From positions 96,001-160,000 of IMG/VR virus record IMGVR_UViG_3300023174_000048: a stretch of DNA of 64,000 nucleotides; one strand, given 5' to 3'. Position 1 is the first letter of the stretch. Every line of letters starts with the position of its first letter. The DNA comes from a virus. Lineage: Duplodnaviria > Caudoviricetes. Under the pieces are notes generated by a model. It was not told the origin of the DNA. It did not search any database and was given only the letters and a program-made list of their open reading frames with translations. This document shows positions 58,801-64,000 of this stretch, one piece after another. A program made the position numbers and the translations under genes.

Positions 58801-61800
58801 AACTCTCCTTGTGCCTTAGTAGCATCAGCCTGTAATCCAACAGACTGTAAATATTTGCTAGAAGCTTCTTTCATTGCGGGATCAGCGTTAGGATTTTCCA
58901 TAGCAGCTATTGATTGCTGAACAAGAGGATTATTCATCATTCCACTCTCGATAGCCATACTCTTTGTTAATTGTAATTGTTGTTGTTTAAAATAGTCAGC
59001 AACAGCTTGGTCAGCACTTACCCCAGGCTTTCCTTTACCCTGAGCATATTGATTTCTAATATTTAATTCTTGAGCAGCTCTTACTCCAGGATCTTGTGAT
59101 AGGGCCAGTGTTTCTTTTCTTTGATTGGCTAATACTGTATTACCAGCCTTAGTAGCTTCTCTTACACTTCCTGTTTCTCTTAATGTTTGATTAAATGCTT
59201 TGCGAGCATCTCTTTGATTACTAGCACCATTTAATCCTCCAGAAAGATTTCTTTGAAGTCTTATAAATGTTTTATTAAGTTTATCAGCTTCTTCTGGAGT
59301 ATTTGTTAGTAATGTATTAACAAAACTTTCTCTATTCTTCTGAAGATCTCTAACATTCTTTAAATCATCAAATGCTTTTTCTACTAATTCTGTGCTACTT
59401 GCTAATGTGTCTAAAGCTTCTCTTGTATCTCTTAATTGATCGTCTAATGATCTTAGTTGTATAGCAGATTTTTTAAGTTCATCAGGATCGCTCATGCCCT
59501 GTCTTTTTTCTTCTACTGCTGTTCTTTGTGCTTGTAAGTCAACAATTCTATTTTTAATTCCACCAACAGAGGTTTCTCCGCCAGCTAATCCGGCCACATC
59601 ACCCATAACTCTTGCTTGTTTCTCATCATAAGTTTCACCAACGCCCGTCATAACCTCTCTAAGATTCATATCTCCTTGAGCTCTGATATCTCTAGCTTTC
59701 TTAAAATAGTTCTGAGCATCTTTTGCTGCTTTACTAGCATCTCTAAGACCTTCGGAGAAATCGGCTAATGCCCCTTGTTTAAACGATGATAATGCTTTTA
59801 CTGCTTCAAGCGTTTTAACTCCAAAGGCCCCAAGAATATTATCGGCATCTCCTAATCCTTCTCTAAAAGCGTCTAATTCTGCTTGAGGCGTATCATTTTT
59901 TTTCTTAGCTTCTTCTGCTAAATTATTTATTCTTGTTTCTGCTTGTTTTTTAAGGCTTGTCTTTTGTTCATCTGATAAGTTTGTTTTATCTATTTGTTCA
60001 TTAGTAGTTTTAATAGCCTCTGTTTTGGCTTCTTCAACTCCCAAGCTTCCCTTGGTACTTAATTTTTCTGCTATGCTTTTTGTTATAGCATTTGGTAATT
60101 GTTGTTGTAGTTGTGCTCCGCCTATTAACTGGTTCCTAGTTTTTTCATCAACTCCTGCTGTTGCAGACTGTAAGGCTTGATTAAAATCTTTTTCAGAATA
60201 AGCATTTGGATTTTCAAGAACATTTAATTCTCTTAACTTTGGACCATTATCTTCTGATTGTCCTCTTAATGCTGATCTGCTTTTTTCTGCCGATGATTTT
60301 CTAACATCAGATTCGAATTTAATTCTATTAACAGATTCACTAATAATATTTGATAATTTTTCAAAACTAGCTGCTAGTTTTCTGCCAGCTTTGTCTGCAG
60401 CCTCTAAAGCATCAGACATTTGTTTTGTTTTTATTGCAGATTGAACCTGAACATTTGTCAGTATTTTTTGATTAGCAACTTCATCTAATATTGCATCTTG
60501 TTTTTCTTTAGAAACCTTCTCATACCCACCTTCTTCCATAATTCTTGCTCTAACCGTTTTAAGAGCATCTTCATCTGCTAATACTAATGCTCTTCTAGCC
60601 CCAATTAATTCTTTATCTGCTTGTATAGATTCTACACTAGCTCCAGTATTAATTTTTTGTGATATTAAAGCAAATGCTTTGTCTCCACTATCAGCATTTC
60701 TTTCAGCTATCTTGCTATCTAATTCATTAAAATCTTGAGTATCCATCTTTGGCTTTTCTGCTCCGGATAGAAACTCTGTCCATGTTCTAGTTTTACCCTT
60801 TTCATTTTGTGCAACCTTAGTCTCAGCAGAAACAGCTTTTAGAGATGATTCTGAGGATCTAACAAGAGCCTTATCTAAAGCCTTTTGTAGATCTATATTA
60901 CCAAGATCTTTCTCAAAATCCTTGAAAGCCTTAGCCAAATCTTTTTCAGAAGCGGCCACTTCTTCAAATCGTAAATTCTTTTCCATCTCTAGAGCAGCAG
61001 TTTCTTGTGCTCCAGTAAAATCGGTAAAATAATCAGTAGCAGCATAGACTACTGTACCTAGTGCTGTTAATCCTCCTAATAGGGGATTTATAGCCATTAA
61101 TTGAGAAGCAGTTGTTAAACCGGTTGCTAGTGTTGATCCGGCCTGTTCAATAGCGGCCCCTTTACCAGCAGCAGCAATCTTTCCTTCGTCTGTGGAAGTA
61201 TCATACATTAGATTTGCAATATTTTTCCCTTGTCCACCAACTAATCCTGCCACCATTCCAACGTCTCCCAAAGCTGTTCCAATTCCTTGGGACATTGTTC
61301 CTGAGAAGTATCTTTCTTGAACAGCTTTTTTAATAGGACTATTTCTAATATCAGTTAAACCACCAGCGCCAACTCCTTTTTCTCCCTGCTCTTTGGCCAT
61401 CTCATTAATCATTTCTCTTCTTTTACTAACTTCTTCCTTAGCAAGAGAGAGTGCTTCTGATGCTGATTTGACTGAGACACCTCTAACAGTTCCAGCATTC
61501 TTATATTCTTCTAATCTCATTGCAATAAGCTGTTTATCCATCTGAGCTAATGTTTTACGATCAGTCATTGACTGAGAAACATAACTTTGAATATCAGCTC
61601 CGCCGATGCCCATTCCTGAAAGTTCTGATCTTTTAATTCCAGTAACTTTTTCTGTGGCTGATGAGAATGCCTGCTCTTTAATCTGTCTTTGTTCTTTTTC
61701 TAATCTTCTATTAGTTCTTCGTTCTAGTTTATCTTTATCTCCTAATAATGATGGATCTTTTTTGATTAAATCTTTTTCTATTTGTGATTTTCTTTGTGCT

Positions 61801-64000
61801 GTAATTAATTTTTCTTTTTTCTCAGCTTCTGTTAAAATGGCTTGCTGGGCACCACCCGAACCAAGAACTTTACCTGTTTTTGATTCTTTTAATCCTGCTT
61901 CTAAAAATTGTCGTTTTGCTACTGCTGTTTTAGCTTGATCTCTAACATTCTTTAATGCTTTTTCTGCTGCTATTATAGTGTCTATTGATGCTCCAGTAAT
62001 CTTGAGTCTTTCAACATCCTTAGTCATTGCCTTTTCAATATCTTTATAAGATATGTCAGCTCCTGCCCCAACTTGTTCAAGAACTTTCTTAAAGCTTATC
62101 ATGCTATAACCAGCTTCTTCAAAACCTTTTGTTAATAGTTTAATATTATTAACTAGTTCTGATGAAGCTTCTATACTTTTACTATCAATAGTTTCTGGTC
62201 TGGTTTTTAATTTTTGAACTGCTGGTTCAGCAAAACCTTTTAATCCTTTCATTATTTCTTCAATACTAAAAACACTACCTCCAGTAGCAAATCTTTGAAT
62301 TACTCCTCCACCAACTACTCCTCCCTTATTATAACCCTGTAATTTATCCGCTTTATTTAATGTCTCTAACTTGCCATATCCTATTTTTTCTGCTGCTTTC
62401 TTATTAACAACAAATTCACCAGGAGTTAATAATGCAGGAACAGTGTCCTTTGATGATATTCCTGCTTGTCCTCCTTGAGCAAAGGTCTCGATATTGGTTG
62501 GCTTCAAGGGAGATGATCCAACATATTTTAATGCTAATCCTAGTGGTTTTTCAAAAAGTTTGGATTCAAAAGAATTTACTAATTCGGGATCTCCAGATTG
62601 TATTCTGGACATAAGCTGACCCAATAAAGCCCCTTCTCTTACATCTCCTTCACTTCCGGCATAAATAGATTTTCTTGATCCTCCAGGCAAGGTAAACTCT
62701 GTTCCGTCTTCGGACTTTAATGTTTGAGATCCTTCTTGAACACGTACTCCAACCGACATCATCCCAGCGTCTGGATTTTTATCAAACTTACCTTTTAATC
62801 CGGTTTGATTTTCAGTAGGAGCATATTTATCTTTAAGAGTATCGTAATTATCATGCATCCATTGTACCACTAGTCCTTTTTGTAATTCATAATCTAAATC
62901 ATAAGTTTTTGGATCTAAAGTTTCATCAAAACTTAATACCATTGGTTTTCCTGATCTATCTCCTTGAGCAACAGTGAAGTTGCTTCCTCCATTAACTCTC
63001 ATCTTAGCTTGTTGTTCTGCTTTATTCTTTTCTGTATATAAGTAGAATCCTTCTCCTTGACCATATCCTTTAGCAATATTAGAAAGGGCACCTTTTTCTT
63101 TAAAGCTCTTTAAAACACTATCATCAACTCCGGTATTGCTTCCGTGATATAGTTTAACTTGTCCTCCAGTAGCATATCCTCTATTTTTTCTCCACATTTT
63201 TTCATCATTAGTTTTGGTCTCAAACTCTTTTGGCTTGCGACCTTGTTTTTCCATAGCCTCTTGTATTCTTTTTTGTTTATTAGCCTGGGCAAGTTCATAT
63301 CTTTCTTGTTCTGGTGATGTTTTTTTAGATGGTATTAGTCCAAATCTTTTGTTTATCTCCCAGTCTGGAATAGCATAGTCTTTATATCTATTATCTAATC
63401 GTTCTTCTAATTTTGCTGTGAGTTCTTCTTGGCTCATGCCCAAAGTCTTTGCTCGTGCGGCAATATCGGGTGGGGAATATGATCCTCTTACCCAGCCACC
63501 CTCGGAAAGCATTTGTATGTCTTCTTTGACGGGTTCTGGAATTCCATATTGTTGTCTAAAATGTTTTTGGAATTCTTCAACAGCCTTGCCTCTACTATTA
63601 CTATCTATTGTTCTTTTAACTTCTGTTGGAATATCAGGATCGATACCAAATATTTTTGCTGCTTTAGATCCGATGCCCATTGGAAAGTCAATCGGACGAG
63701 TTCTTAAAGCATCGTCTAATATTGTAGCATCTGCTGATCCAAAAATTTGTTCTAGTAAAGCGCCTTCAATATTACCCTGACCTAATGTTTCTCTTTGTTT
63801 TTTAGTTAATTTCTTTGGAGATATTCCAAGAAGTTTGGCTGCTCCGCCTACAATTTCTTCTGTTTGACCACTAAGATAATCAATTACATTTTGATATTGA
63901 TTTGGTAATCCTCTCTGAACTATTGAAGCATCTATTGATCTTTCTTGTCCAGACGAATCAACTCCAAGATTCCAAGTTTCTGGCCCTAATAATCCAGTAT
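52896..64000 (-). CDS. Giant tape-measure-like protein (>3,700 aa), 5'-truncated by the window edge, with embedded enzyme-like domains
   Basis: The frame stays open from the track start (63680) to base 63998, checked by hand. Long helical Ala/Lys/Glu-rich core; three DTVPA(M/L)LTPGEFV motifs; lies upstream of the tail genes. Confidence 0.8.
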   Translation of the reverse strand, partial: TGLLGPETWNLGVDSSGQERSIDASIVQRGLPNQYQNVIDYLSGQTEEIVGGAAKLLGISPKKLTKKQRETLGQGNIEGALLEQIFGSADATILDDALRTRPIDFPMGIGSKAAKIFGIDPDIPTEVKRTIDSNSRGKAVEEFQKHFRQQYGIPEPVKEDIQMLSEGGWVRGSYSPPDIAARAKTLGMSQEELTAKLEERLDNRYKDYAIPDWEINKRFGLIPSKKTSPEQERYELAQANKQKRIQEAMEKQGRKPKEFETKTNDEKMWRKNRGYATGGQVKLYHGSNTGVDDSVLKSFKEKGALSNIAKGYGQGEGFYLYTEKNKAEQQAKMRVNGGSNFTVAQGDRSGKPMVLSFDETLDPKTYDLDYELQKGLVVQWMHDNYDTLKDKYAPTENQTGLKGKFDKNPDAGMMSVGVRVQEGSQTLKSEDGTEFTLPGGSRKSIYAGSEGDVREGALLGQLMSRIQSGDPELVNSFESKLFEKPLGLALKYVGSSPLKPTNIETFAQGGQAGISSKDTVPALLTPGEFVVNKKAAEKIGYGKLETLNKADKLQGYNKGGVVGGGVIQRFATGGSVFSIEEIMKGLKGFAEPAVQKLKTRPETIDSKSIEASSELVNNIKLLTKGFEEAGYSMISFKKVLEQVGAGADISYKDIEKAMTKDVERLKITGASIDTIIAAEKALKNVRDQAKTAVAKRQFLEAGLKESKTGKVLGSGGAQQAILTEAEKKEKLITAQRKSQIEKDLIKKDPSLLGDKDKLERRTNRRLEKEQRQIKEQAFSSATEKVTGIKRSELSGMGIGGADIQSYVSQSMTDRKTLAQMDKQLIAMRLEEYKNAGTVRGVSVKSASEALSLAKEEVSKRREMINEMAKEQGEKGVGAGGLTDIRNSPIKKAVQERYFSGTMSQGIGTALGDVGMVAGLVGGQGKNIANLMYDTSTDEGKIAAAGKGAAIEQAGSTLATGLTTASQLMAINPLLGGLTALGTVVYAATDYFTDFTGAQETAALEMEKNLRFEEVAASEKDLAKAFKDFEKDLGNIDLQKALDKALVRSSESSLKAVSAETKVAQNEKGKTRTWTEFLSGAEKPKMDTQDFNELDSKIAERNADSGDKAFALISQKINTGASVESIQADKELIGARRALVLADEDALKTVRARIMEEGGYEKVSKEKQDAILDEVANQKILTNVQVQSAIKTKQMSDALEAADKAGRKLAASFEKLSNIISESVNRIKFESDVRKSSAEKSRSALRGQSEDNGPKLRELNVLENPNAYSEKDFNQALQSATAGVDEKTRNQLIGGAQLQQQLPNAITKSIAEKLSTKGSLGVEEAKTEAIKTTNEQIDKTNLSDEQKTSLKKQAETRINNLAEEAKKKNDTPQAELDAFREGLGDADNILGAFGVKTLEAVKALSSFKQGALADFSEGLRDASKAAKDAQNYFKKARDIRAQGDMNLREVMTGVGETYDEKQARVMGDVAGLAGGETSVGGIKNRIVDLQAQRTAVEEKRQGMSDPDELKKSAIQLRSLDDQLRDTREALDTLASSTELVEKAFDDLKNVRDLQKNRESFVNTLLTNTPEEADKLNKTFIRLQRNLSGGLNGASNQRDARKAFNQTLRETGSVREATKAGNTVLANQRKETLALSQDPGVRAAQELNIRNQYAQGKGKPGVSADQAVADYFKQQQLQLTKSMAIESGMMNNPLVQQSIAAMENPNADPAMKEASSKYLQSVGLQADATKAQGELALLESQQALVSANANLKVSIDDLRTTVEASMLNNDMNEGRINAPGGAKVPLNIGVAAPVAPPKARGGLIYASEGQLVNFQPQGTDTVPAMLTPGEFVINARSTSEHLPLLKAINSGNYSKGGVVYLAQGGEVQKRKEERIDAQKESWMMSEATGGRPDEVVSRTSSSWAQSQVGDGRWMGMTEDERQSEAKKYEPEFQNRWDNYNNKENDAQLRSANDAGYGSIKEDPNSAIVGANFFNEEKKRATERFEKARDAETAALNTPIAQTSLSPQEFSQPVIQPSLPVPLVRADVIPWGRGTTTKIRPTQEAIDEKKKIKSEDSRRRSLWMKGSKGRSPEEETEYATLKSNQIKREVGPYTVEKDRNISSLVNSAYRKGAQSNEITPEERSALKELGSDRRNRGSLRALSFSAALPPITSNAVNPSGLDPATASRINEGYSRPSNEQQAAQQNAAIESGIRQQYTTARPDITDPAVSSGVQTGLASYTTNKVLQKPDPNDPKYQTRNPLEGMVNRIADNRAYEAQQTQQATQTNTSVNLRTPEIKNQDGRLGVNIGPMVPSPRVSLPGDYVAGTNYTYGGDPNTPRFESQKTTRDRESSRRDWFNFPLGSPSNVLATETMIKYPNQLFMPNSQINSYQSVGATDPLEYSNDPKIRAKAETQNVYRITASPGLSSSIQTATTSSDTKKKREADSAITSTKIGIEKRAQIAAQEQAFDVEFNQLLESGAWRDDEGNREAYKKQRRQQVINERNKAKEDAQTAEIDNKFNKFLAEGKVKEEQRDKYRDEQRSYMPKPYKESVASYKVPTTEQLLQDQANSEAIAQFEGAQQVSAAEKVRAQQQKAEEDRQASLYINSSNPATAAVGYVGGVTQGIGDALYGAANITAGAVATVASPIVGGIGYAMSGDDTAFKIGDENNLRNRTAENMYDEARANGRPMPSPQEIAAAQDVAAIRARTFTANSDRLNNQQGAYSAATSAAADVGLRAMGAGATSFVEAGQAVAGMGPIQTGEQTALQRNDARNVELAGGMDSWAGFGTAFAQTTAYGSTQGAGALVNAEGAVFNVAGRMAGAAGRVASRIPGVSSVGRAAGKIPGAASVGRVAGTVDRAITSTARGAGRLGGRIPGARGAGRAVNNFVEGVQDVATQMGDVIGVRGIAPSYSRPNLNRSGTTSSYKNLKPAKPVTFPESAPTKIRSIDDINPLEYDGNYGRLAAKAKAARSRALDEKLSNIDLTMPTPGPQVKPKITAAQYQQIQDLVNQGVPNSTATQSVLGKAKTTVAGPSIVKPKPTKPTIPTKPVKPTTATKSKVNVTDPVSFRQVQENLASDLADYVTPARRNKFLSEFVEKSTPQSVSVDLDKINASRQIKGINRPVTNSSKVGMTTAESKLVFGSQYADESIVKHELGHLFQKSTKGSKKDPFGKRSLQKSPLMKEIEKFVDDPSGLSSISGGKSKNGYSSSAIKKNPSELLTTLVENIEKVKGNKIAERILKKLMKFHGYNKGGLVRYYGNGGHVDDHDSHDSHGHHGMTTSSLAGNAASTGLSAVATRGRNPLNMRTMGSNLDAHFGTGHTATLVGEGIDMIGEARHTAHSVGHGAKVFGLGTSSPAAATGIGAVAAYGGYAAGSYASEAAAIMSGEKTAEDYAKENDRQRQQGYAQNFGENMFSPGRAAAQLVVETESTTRQMADNAAESKRIEQRTQELGAQGLIPDHYTQSQEYKKAERERQIQNVPKPAGGRMMYASGGLVYANNGALVPSLSQGTDTVPAMLTPGEFVVNRESSQQHMPLLNAINSGHFNRGGIVNYLANGGIVAPKYYAEAGLVSGGSGGSSGSSGVSNDISSSISAAVGQAMNQLSTALESGMETYSQMIQSSTETLNNFGQTFSSASQTIASSANTWSETASQIPTSLTAEINGTQSVRLDVGSVQNHASAAGKSAGESAGHYAGAITSQNTVAKYDRTQFEGNLNSAANNRPMRT

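Noticed and set aside
175-63780. The many 60-175-aa ORFs antisense to or nested in long genes (e.g. 175-591, 13583-13870, 44417-44944, 61606-61938, 63418-63780)
   Set aside because: They overlap well-supported genes on the other strand or frame and show no motifs; treated as shadows.
1-64000. Stop-codon reassignment (alternative genetic code), seen in some large phages
   Set aside because: Standard-code ORFs tile both arms almost completely, including ORFs of 2,000-3,700 codons, and genes end in TAA, TGA and TAG.
1-64000. tRNA, rRNA or other structured RNA genes
   Set aside because: Intergenic gaps are nearly all under 70 nt, and no cloverleaf or rRNA-like sequence was recognised. A covariance-model scan was not possible.

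Overview
This is a 64-kb, AT-rich, gene-dense segment of a large tailed dsDNA bacteriophage genome, read in the standard genetic code. It has two convergent arms that meet at a hairpin near 22.55 kb. The + arm (1-22.5 kb) is a bacterial-type replication/recombination module: RecA/UvsX with a LAGLIDADG intein in the P-loop, DnaB, DnaG, dNMP kinase, Cas4-like PD-(D/E)XK nuclease, a DnaE split into two genes around a DnaQ-like exonuclease, and SSB. An ~8-gene glycosyltransferase-like cluster and free-standing endonucleases follow. The - arm (22.57-64 kb) is a tail module: a >3,700-aa tape-measure-like protein that runs off the window edge, seven fibre/adhesin-like genes, and three large putative tail-tip/baseplate proteins. 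The most unusual observations are four. (1) The tape-measure-like protein carries putative enzyme cassettes (PD-(D/E)XK nuclease-like, ADP-ribosyltransferase-like, HExxH zincin) between repeated xxGG/DTVPAMLTPGEFV linkers. (2) Two tail proteins carry a circularly permuted FGE-sulfatase/C-type-lectin domain. (3) DnaE is split without inteins, with an exonuclease gene between the halves. (4) The RecA intein starts with Leu and has class 3 signatures. All family assignments come from motif recognition by eye; no database search was run.
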